Source: the human T2T-CHM13v2.0 reference genome, Homo sapiens. From it: a DNA stretch of 64,000 bases. A model generated the notes under the pieces. That model ran no database searches. It saw only the letters and a list, made by a program, of their open reading frames with translations, and had not been told where the DNA came from. Position 1 is the first letter of the stretch, and every line of letters begins with the position of its first letter. The position numbers were made by a program, and so were the translations under genes. Shown here one piece after another: positions 29,011 to 42,544 of this stretch. The stretch is from the NCBI RefSeq assembly GCF_009914755.1, contig NC_060947.1; one strand, 5' to 3'.

Positions 29011-30252
29011 AAGAGGTTAGTTTTATTAAATGCAAACATAAATTAGTCAGGTTTTCTAAGTGAAAACCAATGTAATATATTATTCTTTTACTTAATTTCA
29101 TCATAATTCAGTTTTAGTATATTATTTAATGGAAATAATTAAACACAATAGCAGACCCATCTATCATAGGCTGCCTCAGAAAACATTTAGTTGTAATGGA
29201 GACCTGTAGGGGCTATTAAAATGCTCCACAAACAGATGGAAAGAGTAAAAGGTGCAGCCAAAAGATAAAGTACCATTAATAAGATCTTCAGTGGGATAAA
29301 TATTGACGGGAAGATGATTCCAGCAAATCCTGATAGTAAAATAAAAAAATACATTCCTACTCAAGAAAATTAATCAGTATTATGTTGGTGATATATTCAC
29401 TAGGCCCTGATATTCTTCCCCCCTCCTTTTTTAAAAGCAAAATCAAAAGCCAGGCAATTTTGACTTCAAATTCTTAAGTTATGTATAATGAATCTACTTT
29501 GCAATTATTCAAAAGTGTTACACATAAGGTCACAAAATCCCCCCAGAAAAATCTGCAAACACTACTTAATTGGGTGAATCAGTGTTGTCCACCTACTTCA
29601 AACAGCTTCATATATATTCAAATACTACTTCCTTTTCTTGTAATAAAAATAAGAAAATTAAGGAAGATTTCAGAGTAAGCTGGAAAGAGTGTAAGCTAAA
29701 GTAAAATTGAAAAACAAAGACATATAAAAACTGATTATGTGGCTCCTATATTATGAATACTATCAGAACCCAAGGTATCATATGCTATTTGATATAAATT
29801 ACAATAATCATTGCTACAATAGATAAGAGATTACAGAATAAAATAAAACCTATCTAAAAAAAAAGGCTACAGCTATATAACACCAGACATTGTAAATTTC
29901 CTTATAGGTAATGAAGTAAATGAGAATGGTGGGATTCTGACTGTGCTACCAGAATTTGTTTTGAAGTTGCTCAGTTTAATTAAACAGTGACTAGGTGTTG
30001 AGTATCACTGTGAGCAAAAAAGCCCTGAGCTACATATTGTGACAGACACTACTAAAGATGAATAAATTAGTGTCTGCTTTCAAAGATCTTTTATTGTTAG
30101 ACTGGATCAAGGTGAAAAAGATAAGAAATATACACAAATAATTACATAATTAAGCAAATCAGAATTAATGGCCAAGAATAGCTACAAAATACTTTTGCAA
30201 ATGTAAATATACAAAACGAGTTGACATCCTACCATACATTAAAATGTGTTAT

Positions 30253-30759
30253 TGTACTGGGTAGTTATTCCTGAATAGTAAGCAACCATAAAAATCTTAG
30301 TGGCATTTATTTAGCTCACATTTCTGTGAGTCAGTTAGTGTTTATCTAATCTAGACTAGTCTAGGCTATTTTACTTTGTGAATATTGACTGGGATTTCTT
30401 AAATATTTGTGGGTTGACTAAGAGTCAGATAACCTAGGCTAAGCCTAGCTGGGGTGGCTTGGCTAAGATAGCTCTTCTCTATATGTCTTTCATCCTCCTC
30501 CTGGGTCTAGTAGGGTACCCTAAGCAAGTTTTTCTTATAGCAATTGCTGAACTGAAAGAGAGTAAGCCCAACTCTGGAAGCACTTTTCAAATCTCTGTTT
30601 GCACCACATTTTGTAAAATCATGTTGGCCAAAGCAAGTCACATGGCCAGCCTAGATATAAGTGGGAAGAGGGCACCGCAAAGTTCATGGCAAAAGATGTG
30701 AATAAAAAATCTTATTATTGGGGAGAGACTAAAGATTTGAAATACACCAGTCTACCACA
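30253..30759 (-). mobile_element. MLT1G/H-like LTR
   Basis: aaaatcttagtggc atttatttagctcac ... ttggccaaagcaagtcacatggcc ... tctaccaca. Confidence 0.7.
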
Positions 30760-31142
30760 TGTATAGCTTTAAAACATAGTGAGATAGGTGAAAAAATTGG
30801 CAAGAATATCATTAAAACAGCATGATAGGCCAGAATAAGACACTAAAATATCAACCAAATTTATGATAAAAGTTGTTATTCAAAACCAATATGTAAAGTG
30901 AGAGTTATAAATAAAAAATGCTGGGAACTTTTTCTTACAGTGTGTAAAGATATCAAGTTGGATACTTACATCAAAATAATTCCACATGGTTTAAAAAATG
31001 AAATACAAAATTGAAACTATAACATTTAGAAGAAAATATAGGTACATAGGTAGTTATATAATTGATCTTGAAAAGGGGAAGGACTTTCTAATTTTCAAAC
31101 CAAAAAAATAGATTTTAAAACATAAATAAAATGTACATAAAT

Positions 31143-31440
31143 TTGGATGTGGTGGTTCAGGCCTATATTCTCAGCTACTCAGGAGACTAAGACAGGAGGT
31201 CACTTGCTGCCAGAAGTTCAAGACTAGCCTGGGAAACATAGTGAGACCCCATCTCTAAAAAAAATAAAATACAAATTCACCAGATGTGGTGGTGTATGCC
31301 TGTAGTCCCAGCTTCTTGGAAGACTGGCATATGAGGATCACTTGACCCCAGGAGTTTGACACTGCAGGAAGCTGTGATTAGGCCACTGCATTCCATCCTG
31401 GGCAACAAAGCAAGACCCCATCTTTAAAAAAAAAGAAAAA
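31143..31440 (+). mobile_element. AluJ (highly diverged)
   Basis: Dimeric Alu with A tail. Degenerate TSD aaaa(t/a)gtacat(a/t)aat. Confidence 0.88.
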
Positions 31441-31499
31441 AGTACATTAATAGCAACAAAATTAAACAGCAAACAGAAAACAGGAAAATACTTTAAAAT

Positions 31500-33880
31500 A
31501 CAAAATTAAGAGAATGAAAGAAAAGAACTGCATAACTATCTCAACTGATGCAGAAAAAGCACTTGACAAAATCCAACACATATTCACGATAAAATACGCA
31601 AAAAACTAGGAATAGAAGGAAACTTCCTTAACACAATTAAAGACTATATGAAAAACCCACTGTTATCTTCATGCTAAATGGTGAAAGACTGAAAGATTTT
31701 CCTCTAATATCAGGAAGAAGAAAAAGTTGCCCACTTTTGCCACTTCTATTCAACATAGTACAAGAAGTTCTAGCTAGAATTTAGGCAAGAAAAAAAATTA
31801 AAAGACATCCATAATGAAAAAGAAAAAGTAAAATCATCTCTATTTGCAGATAACATGATCTTATATGTAGAAAACCCTAAAAATTCCACACCAAAATATC
31901 TTTCAGAGCCAAGAAACAAAATCAGCAAAATTACAAGATACAAAATAAAAATGCAAATATCAGCTGCATTTCTTACACTAACAGTGAACAATCTGGAAAA
32001 ATAAATTTTAAATATAATTTAAGATAAAATCAAAAGGAATAAAATATTTAGAAATTAATTTAACCAAGGAGGTAGAATAGTTCACTAAAAACTACAAAAT
32101 ATTACTGGAAGTACTTAAAGAAGATCTAAATAAATAGAAAGACAACTCATGTTGATGGATTAGAAGATATAATATTGAGATGATGGTACTACCCAAAGTG
32201 ATCCACAGAGTCAACATAATTCCTATTAAAATCCCAACAACACTTTTTTGAAGAAATAGAAAAACCAATACTAAAATTCATGTAGAATTTCAAGGGACCC
32301 TAAATAGCCAAAAGTATCCTGAAAAAGAACAAGTTGGAAAGACTCTCAGTTCCATATTTTAAAACTTACTCCAAAGCTGCCATAATCAAAATAGTGTGGT
32401 ACTGTTATAAGACATATAGACCAATGGACTAGAATAGAGAACTCAAAAATAAACTCAAATATTCATCTTCAACAAAGGTGCCAAGATCACTCAATAGAGA
32501 AAGTACAGTCTTTTCACAAAATAGTACTGGGAAAATTGTATATTCACATGTGAAAGAATGAAGTTAAACCCTTATTTTACATTATATACAAATATTAACT
32601 CAAAATGGACCAGAAATTCAATTTTAAGAGCTATAACTATAAAATCTTTAGAAGAAAACTTAGGGAACATTTTCATGACATTGGATCTGGCAATGATTTC
32701 TTGGACATGACATCAAAAGCACGTGCAATAAAAGAAAAAAATTAATAAATTGGACTTTATCAAAATTAAAGCCTTTTATTAATCAAAAGACACTGTCAAG
32801 AAAATGAAAAGACAACACACAGAATGGGAGAAACAACTAAAACAATCACATATCCTAAAAATAATAATATCCAAAATACATGCTTTGTAAAAACTCCTAC
32901 AACTCAACAACAACAACAAAAATGAACAACCCAATTCATAAATGGGCAAAACATTTGAATAGACATTTCTCCAAAGAAGATACACAAATGGCCAATAAGC
33001 ACATAAAAAGATACTCAACATTGTTAGTTATTAGGGAAATGAGAAATCAAAACCACAATCAGATACAACTTCATAACCATTAGGATGGCTATTACCAAAA
33101 AACAGAAAAAAAACAAGTGTTGGTGAGGATGAGGAGAAATTTGAACACTCATTTATTGCTGGTGGGAATGTAAATGATGTAGCAGCTGTAAAAAAGATTT
33201 TGGTTCCTCAAAAAGCTAAGCATAGAATTACCATGTAATCCAGCAATTCTACTCTAAGGTATATACCCAAAAGTTCTGAAAGCAGGGATTTAGGATTACT
33301 CACAATACCCAAAAGGTGGAAACAAACAAATGTCCATCAACAGTTGAATGCATAAGGAAAATGTGGTATATACATATGATGGAATATTATTCAGCCTTAA
33401 AAATGAATGAAATTCTGATACATGCTATAACGTGAACGAACCTTGAAAATGTTATGCTAAGTGATATAAGCAATACAAAAAAAGAACAAATATTGTATGA
33501 TTCCAAATATATGAGGTACTTAAGATAGGAAAATCCACAAAGACAGAAAATAGATTAGAGGTTACTAGTGGCTGTGGGGAAGTGAGGTGGGGGAGAATGG
33601 AATATTATTGCTTAATGTTCAGAGTTTCCATTTGGGTGATGAAAAATATTTGCAAACAGATGCTGGATAGTATAGTGGTGCTGGTGGTGTAACATATGAA
33701 TGTAATTAATGTAATTTAATTTCGCACTTAAAATAGTTAAAATGGTAAATTTTATGTTACATGTACTTCAGCTTAATTTTTAAGATAATAATGTGATAGA
33801 TATATCAACAAGCCATTGAATTATACTCTTTAAACATGTTAATTTTATGGCATGTAAATTATATTTCAATAATGCTATTT
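31500..33880 (+). mobile_element. L1MB-like ORF2 to 3' end, embedded in older L1ME pieces
   Basis: gatgcagaaaaagcacttgacaaaatccaac, tatttgcagataacatgatc (FADNM), [13 protein letters not shown], and an L1MB-type 3' UTR. Confidence 0.88.
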
Positions 33881-33893
33881 AAAAAATCAATTC

Positions 33894-34050
33894 ACAGAAT
33901 ATATGTAAAGACCAATAAACATAGACTAACAGATTTATAATTTCTAGAAACCAATAAAAGGCAAATTAAAACAGAATATATATAAAGACCAATAAACATA
34001 GACTAACAGATTCATAATTTCTAGGAACCAATAACAGGCAAATTAAAACA
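33894..34050. repeat. 77-bp tandem duplication (2 copies, 4 mismatches)
   Basis: acagaatatat(g/a)taaagaccaataaacatagactaacagatt...ggcaaattaaa x2. Confidence 0.95.
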
Positions 34051-34285
34051 AGAAATTATTTTACATTCATCAAACTCGTCAACAATTTTTTAACTTACTG
34101 CACTCAATATTGACAAGGGCTGAATGAATGCCCGCATAAACTACTACAAGGTGTATAAATTAGTGTAATGATCTATAAGGTAAGTCCAACAATAAGAAGG
34201 AACTTCTTTTTTTTAGGAGACTTAAAATGTCTCTCTTCACAGAAAGATAAATCATTTGACTTCCTCTTTTCCTCTCTTTGTATCC

Positions 34286-36273
34286 TTCAGGATACAAAAT
34301 CGATGTACAAAAATCAGCAGCATTTCTATACAGCAATAACACCCAAGCTGAGAGCTAAATCAGGAATGCTACCATATTCACAACAGTCAGAAAAAGAATA
34401 AAATACTGAGAAATACAGCTCACAAGGAAGGTAAAAGATCGTTACAAAATTTACAAAACACTGCTGAAAGAAACCAGAGATGATACAAACAAAATAACAT
34501 TCAGTGCTCATGAATAGGAAGAATCAATATTTTTAATATGGCCATACTGCCCAAAGCAATTTACAGATCCAATGCTATTCCTATTAAACTACCAACAACA
34601 TTTTTCACAGAATTAGAAAAAAATTATTGTAAAATTAATATGGAATCAAAAAAGAGACTGCATAGCCAAAGCTACCCAAAGCTAAAAGAACAAAGCTTCA
34701 GGCATCACATACCCAACTTCAAGCTATGCTACAAGGCCACAGTAACCAAAACAGCATGGTACTGGCACAAAAACAGACATATAGACTAATGCAAAAGAAT
34801 AGAGAACTCAGAAATAAAGCTGCACACCTACTAACATTCAATGCTCATGAATAGGAAGAATCAATATTGTTAAAATGGCCAATTTGACCAATTTGATGAA
34901 ATAAAACTGCACACTTACTACCACGTGATCTTCAACAAAGTTGATGAAAACAAACGATGGTGAAAGGACTCCCTGTTCAATAAATGGTGCTGGGATAACC
35001 AGCTACCCATATGCAGAACATTGAAACTGGACCCCTTCCTTTCATCATATTCAAAAATCAACTCAAGATAGATTAAGACTTAAACTAAAACGTAAGACTA
35101 TAAAAACTCTAGAAGATAACCTAGGAAATACCATTCTGGATATAGGCCCTGGCAATGATTTCATGACCAAGACTAAAAGCAATTACAACAAAAATAAAAA
35201 TTGACAAGTAGGACCTAATTAAACTGAAGAGCTTCTGCACAGCAAAAAAAAAAAAAAAAAAAAAAAAACCATCAAGAGAGTGAACAGACAACCTACAAAA
35301 TGGGAGAAAATATTTGCAAGCTATGCATCCCACAAAGGTCTACTATCTAGAATCTATAAGGAACTTAAATCAACAAGCAAAAAAAAAAAATAAAACAACT
35401 CCACATATATGGGGAACTTGAGGCTCAGGCAAGGGTAAAAAAAAATGAGCAAGTGACAGGAACAGACACTTATCAAAAGAAGAAATACCTGTGGATAACA
35501 AGCATTTGAAAAAATGTTCAACATCACTAATCATTAAAGAAGTGCAAATCAAAACTTCAGTGCAATACCATCTCCCACCAGTCAGAATGGCTATTACTAA
35601 AACATCAAAAAATCACAGATGCTGGCAAGGTTGCAAATAAAAGAGAACACTTGTACACTGCTGGTGGGAATGCAAATCAGTTCAGCTACCATGGAAAGCA
35701 GTTTGATGATTTCTTAAAGAACTTAGAACTATCATCCCACTCAGCAATCCCATTACAGGAATATAAATCATTCTACCATAAAGACACATGCAAACGTGTT
35801 CATCACAGCACTATTCATAACAGCAAAGACATGAATTCAACTCAGATGCCCATCAGCAGTGGACTGAATAAAGAAAATGTGGTACATATATGCCATAGAA
35901 TACTACACAGCCATAGAAAATAATGAAATCATATCCTTTGCAGCAATATGGATGGAGCCAGAGGCCATTATCCTAAGCAAATTAATGCAGTAACAGAAAA
36001 CCAAATACAACCTGCTCTCACTTATAAGTAGGAGGTAACCATTGAACACATGGACACAAAGAAGGGGACAATAGACACCCGGGCCTACCTGAGGATGGAG
36101 GGTGGGAGGAGGGTGAGGATCGAAAAACTACCTATCGGGTAGTATGCTCACTACCTGGGTGATGAAATAAGGTACATCAAACCACTGTGACAGGCAATTT
36201 ACCCATATAGCAAACCTGCACATGTACCCCTGAACCTAAAATAAACGTTGGAAAGAAAAAAAAAGAAAGAAAA
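34286..36273 (+). mobile_element. L1PA15/16-like, 5'-truncated
   Basis: ORF2 remnant [19 protein letters not shown], 3' UTR gagggtgggaggagggtgaggatcgaaaaactacctatcggg, and an A-rich tail. Confidence 0.9.
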
Positions 36274-36641
36274 GTATTGTCTTGAAGGGAAATAAAGATA
36301 TTTGATTAAGTATCCAAGTTACAGGTATTATATTAAAACACTTTGCATTCTGGTGAAAATAAGAGTAAGAATCCCTGATGTTTAGTTGATTTAGTGATAG
36401 TTGATTCTCTAAATTACTTGGATAATGTCAGAAAGACACTGCTCAAAAATTAGATGGAGGAATTGCTTCTTCCTAGAATATGTACTTTATTTTGATCCTT
36501 GAGAATTTTCCCTCAGCTTATATCCTAGAATAAACCTTTTCGAATGTCCTTTGTCCCTGGACTTTTCATTTATTTTACAACAGATTTCAAAAACTTTATT
36601 TCAAGTTTTTTAACATTAAATTATATTTTCAATAAACAACT

Positions 36642-36682
36642 CTGTTAGAGTTCTCCAGAGATACAGAACCAACAGGAGTGGT

Positions 36683-36723
<41 letters not shown>

Positions 36724-36936
36724 CATGGGAGTCAGCCTTTTTGTTCTATTCAGGCCCTCAAATGATTGGATGAAACCTGGTCACATTAGAGAGGACAATC
36801 TGTTTTAATCGGTCTACCTATTCAAATTTTAATCTTATCCAAAAATACCTTCGCAGACACACACAAAATAATGTTTGACAATATATCTAAGCACTCCATG
36901 GCCCAGTCCAACTGAGACATAAAATTAACTATCATA
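36642..36936 (-). mobile_element. MLT2 (ERVL) LTR, internally deleted, containing (TG)n at ~36680-36720
   Basis: gttctccagagatacagaaccaacagga ... tgattggatga...cacattagagagg ... ataaaattaactatcata. Confidence 0.8.
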
Positions 36937-38407
36937 ATCACAGAACATCATGTTGAGAATAAAAAAGAAGTATAGAATAAATAAAAAGGTTTTATCTTTA
37001 TCAAATACTTTCTGTTTCAAAACTAGTTAAATATGGCTTGTTCTCTGTAATGCCAAACATTCCAACTTTTTTCTTTTTATTATTTTTGAAAGCATGACAT
37101 ATAATTTTTCATCAAGGCCAAAAGTTCCAATCTTCTGCCTGCCAAACATGCTGCTTTTTTAAAATGAGAAGCTCTTGCCAACAAAATTTTTGTTTATTTC
37201 TATCTCCTCTAACCCAACCACAGTCACTAAGCAACAAGGACAACAAATTAAAGGGTGAAGAAAGGGAGAAATGAGGAAGGAGAAAGATATGGGAATGAGG
37301 CCATAAACATAAAGAGGACCAATTTTTGATCACAGAATTCATTTCTTTTACTAGTGATTCAATTTCCTCCCAGAAAATTTACTGTGTATTTCCAAAACAC
37401 TGTGCCAAGTTTGTTCCACAAATACTCAGCAGGTCATTCTAAGGGAAAGGGCATTTTAAAATAAGCAAGTCCCCTATTTTTTCAAAGGGAATAAAGCAAA
37501 TAAACAAGGGAAAAATGGAAGCCTACGTTTCAGTCATACTTCATCTATATCTACTTTTGAACTGCAGTTGCACGAGTGTGTCCTTATTTGTAGATTAGAA
37601 CAATCTCTCCACAGGCGATTGCTGTAATGTCTAAGAGACTGCACAGAGTTACCTCTTGTGAAGAGATGAAGTTTTACCTCAGTCTGAATTGATTTAAATT
37701 ACATTCAGTTGGGAACTGGGGACATGGAACTCCTAACCACATTGACAAAGTAAAGGATTGTTTCTTTTTCATCCTCCACGTCCATTCTTACATTTGTCAA
37801 TGTTTACAACAACTATCTACATAATTGCCTCAGTACTCCCCTCTCTTTTAATCAGCATGCTGTACAGTCTTAAGTATAGACACTGATTCCCTGTTTTTTA
37901 ATTGCTCATCCTAATAAAGAATGAGATATGCAAGCAATCTGTAAAGCTAAAGTGAGTAAAAGGGTCTTCCAGTAATGATGGTGCAGTGGATTCATGAAAA
38001 GATGGTATCGACAGAAAAATTAGACAAAATCAGAAAAACATAGCTAGCATCAAACAGAAGATAAACATATTTATGCACCAGAAATAGAACTGGAAGGCAA
38101 TGAAGTGAGCAAAGCTTTAGGCATAGGACTTCAAGATTTCAAGTCTGAAATCCAACATTGGTTTCCAGGAGTCAAGGCCATGAAGGAATAATGTGAATAA
38201 AATTGTTCTAGTCATTATAAAGTGAGAAATATAAAATATTTAGAACTTACTAATGGAAGTACTATTTGTCAAAACTTGTGGGATGCAGCTAAAAGGGTAT
38301 TTGGGGCATATTTATAGCAGTAACTGCATGTATTAAAATCAATAATGATGTTTAAAAAATAAGCTATAAAAATAAGGGAATAACCCTATAGAAAATTACA
38401 GAAAGGG

Positions 38408-38878
<471 letters not shown>

Positions 38879-39490
38879 TTAGAAACCAAAAATGAAATAT
38901 AACTGCAGAGAAAATAGAGAGTTAAATAATAACATATTATGAATAGTACCATACCAACAAATTTTAAACCTTTAATGAAATGAATAATCACCTAGAAAAT
39001 ATAAATTACTAAAACTGACTGATGAAAATTAGAAAGCTTGAAGAAATCAATAACCATTAAATAAATTAAATCAGTAATAAAAAACCTACTTTAAAAAAAG
39101 ACACTAGGCTCTGATGATTTTAACAGGTGACTTTTATCAAAAATTCAAGGGAATAAGAATCTTTATTTTATGTGAAATATTCAGAGAACAGACAAGTAAG
39201 ACAAATAACTTTAAGTTACCACTTGTCGAAAAAGTTGTGGAGAAATTGGAACACTTATACTCTACTGATGGGAATATCAATAATTGCTTGTACAGAAAAT
39301 TGGCAGTCTCTAGTTAATGTGAAGGTGGACATACCCTTTGATCCAACAATGCCAATCCTAGGTACAGAACAAGAGAAATTTTCACAAATTTATTTAATAT
39401 CCCTATAATATTTTTTCTTTTCTCATAAAGCTGTTAGTAGTACCTAAAAAAAATAGACAGACTCTAAAAATACATCAGCAAGAGAATAGG

Positions 39491-39908
39491 TGTGCTAGCC
39501 CATTCTTGAATTGCTATAAAGAAATACCAGAGATTGGGTAATTTATAAAGAAAAGAGGCTTAGTTGGCTCATGATTCTACAGGCCGTATAGGAAGCATGA
39601 TGCTGGCATCTTCTCTGCTTCTGAGGAGGCTTCAGGAAACGTACAGTCATGGCAGAAGGTGAATGAAAAGCAGGCATGTCTTACATGGCAGGAGCAGGAG
39701 CAAGAGAGAGAGTGATGGAGGAGGTGCTGCACACTTTTAAATAGCCAGAACTCTCAAGAACTCACTCACAATCATGAGGGATGGTGCTAAGCCATTCATG
39801 AAAAATCTGCCTCCATGATCCAGTCACCTCCCACTAGTCCCTACCTCCAACATTGGTGATTACAATTTGACATAAGATTTGGTGGGGACACAGATCCAAA
39901 CCATATCA
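39491..39908 (-). mobile_element. MST (MSTB-like) solo LTR
   Basis: TG...CA ends (tgtgctagccc / caaaccatatca) and a 5-bp TSD atagg/acagg. Confidence 0.9.
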
Positions 39909-40633
39909 ACAGGCAAACTGTGGAATATTCAAATAATGAAATAGTGTATAGAAATTAAAATTCAAGAAGTAGAGCTACTTGTATCAATATAGATTTAAGC
40001 TCAAAAACATTTTTGAGCAAAAAAAATCAGGTTGCAGAATGATACAGTTAGAATAATAATATTTATATGCAATTTATATAGAATTTTAAAACATGCAAAT
40101 CAATCTTATAAATTGGTATAGATACATGCATATGTAGAAAATGGATGAAAATATATCAAGTGAAGGATGTCAATTGCCTCACGGGAATAAGTGAAGGCAA
40201 TAGGAACAGGAAGGGTAACTCCAATATTTTATTTCTTTTTAAACATTTCTGAATCAAATATTTAAAAATGATAAACTTTAGTGGTTAGCACAAAGATGTC
40301 TGTTTAGTTATCTATTTCTAACAGTTTGATACATATCAGAAATTTTTAAAAGAAGGAGAACACGTTCATATGAGCTCTATATAGATCAAAGCATATTACC
40401 TGGTTCATGGGTGTACTCAATGTATTTGACGAACAGATGAATAAATAAATGAATGAACAAATTAACCTATAAAACTCTGCCATATAAATTGAACTTCTGC
40501 CACTTACTTGTCTTACCTTTTTCACCCAAAGGTTTAAACTTTAGGTTGTCCCAATGCCAGCTGGAATACACCCTGTCTTTCAGAGGCACTCTAATTGAAG
40601 GAATCTGGAAACAAAAGTGAGAATAAGAAATGA

Positions 40634-41040
40634 TTTTTTGTTCTTGTGATAGTTTACTGAGAATGATGATTTCCAATTTCATCCATGTCCCTACAAAGGA
40701 CATGAACTCATCATTTTTTATGGCTGCATAGTATTCCTATTGCAAGAACAAAAAACCAAACACTGCAAATTCTCACTCATAGGTGGGAATTGAACAATGA
40801 GATCACATGGACACAGGAAGGGGAATATCACACTCTGGGGACTGTTGTGGGGTTGGGGGAGGGGGGAGGGATAGCATTGGGAGATATACCTAATGCTAGA
40901 TGACGAGTTAGTGGGTGCAGCACACTAGCATGGCACATGTATACATATGTACCTAACCTGCACAATGTGCACATGTACCCTAAAACTTAAAGTATAATAA
41001 AAAAAAAGAAATAAAAAGCCATAGAATAAGGAAAAAAAAA
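40634..41040 (+). mobile_element. Young L1PA2-like, short, 5'-inverted (40634-40737), with a putative 3' transduction
   Basis: 3' UTR gggagatatacctaatgctagatgacgagttagtgggtgcag (GAG allele, not L1HS-Ta ACA). TSD aagaaatga at 40625 and 41039. Confidence 0.92.
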
Positions 41041-41764
41041 GAAATGAATGCTTTGCTTTTTGTGTTGAGATAAAGTATCTTCTCCACCATTTCTCCTTTC
41101 CTTTAGATTAGGAATTTCCTTTTTTTAAAAAATTTCCTTCTGTATTTTTATATAGATTCCTCTGATTTCGACTTACTCAACACAAGCATTAATGTCTGGA
41201 ACACATTCTAAACTTCTCTCCAGAAGTGTGGCAAATAAAATGGATGGTCTTTATTGAAGGACATTAATGTTTTGCAGGAAAGAAGATGAATTCATATAAA
41301 CAGTGAACTTAATTTTTATTAGTAAATTCTGTCAGCTTACTTATTACTGTGCTGCTAAAGAGTTTCCAGTTAAAGGAAGATATAGATATTATATTTCAAT
41401 ACTGAATGGTTTCCAGAACAGAGGACTTCAAAGTGGCTGCTATAATCTGCAAATTAATTGAAAATATTTTTTCTAAAGAGGTCGAAAAATAGTACCTTAT
41501 AATAAATACTATTGCAGATAGAGGTAGTCTTAAAACAAGAGATCACAGACATTTAAAGAAAAATGGGAAAATAAAGATTCCAAATCTCTTGTTTTTTAAA
41601 GATAATATGGAGCCCAGTGAGGGGAAGTGGCTTGCGTTAAATCATCTATCTAGTCAGTGGCAAAGCCAAGGTCAGAGAATTAGTTTCTTGATCCCTGGTT
41701 TGATGTGCTTTTCACAAATGTCTTCTGTGTCATTATAACCATTTATTACTATTTTGAAAATTCA

Positions 41765-42100
41765 GGAGGAGGGGAGGATAGGAAGAGGTTGATCAACAAA
41801 TTCAAAATTACAGCTATATAAGAGGAATAACTTCTAGTGCTCTATAGCACTATAGAGTGAACATAGTTAACAATTATGTACTGTATATGTTTGAAAGCTA
41901 GAAGAAGGGATTTTGAATGTTTCCAACACAAATAAATGATCAATGTTTGAGGTGATGGATATCCTAATTAACCTTATTTGATCAATATACCTTGTATACA
42001 CGTATCAAAATATTACTCTGTATCCCATACATGTGTACAGTTATTATGTGTCAAAGAAAAAGAAAAAGAAAAAAAGATGAAAGCAGGAAAAAAGAAAAGA
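41765..42100 (+). mobile_element. L1MA5/6-like 3' end
   Basis: aaaattacagcta..agaggaataacttctagtg...gaaagctagaagaagggattttgaatg..., followed by an A-rich tail. Confidence 0.8.
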
Positions 42101-42475
42101 AAATTTAGTGAATGAAGAAGGAAGTCAGCAAGTATGTACTGCTGGAAGTAGAGCACTGTATTTCATGTTTAGTTTCAACATAATCCAGGACTCAAATCAG
42201 TTCACACTGAATGGAGTTTGAGTATCAATTTTAAAAAACATAACCAGTTAGCTTGCAGAATAGTAGAAACAAACCTGAGCAGTTTTGCAGGCATTTTATT
42301 GGAGAAAAAGTTTATTGAGACTATATGACGGAGTGGAATTTTGGCTTATTTCATATCTTTAGAAATACAGCCCATGGTTCATTTTGTTATCTGCTTACTG
42401 TTTTCTTATTGTAGCAAATCTACTTTAAGAATATAAAGAAGCTTTTAGTCTTCTCAAGCCTGGGGGAAAAAAACC

Positions 42476-42490
42476 ACACACACATACATA

Positions 42491-42532
<42 letters not shown>

Positions 42533-42544
42533 AAGAGGGAGAGA
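42476..42544. repeat. (CA)n(GA)n compound microsatellite
   Basis: Visible run. Confidence 0.95.
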
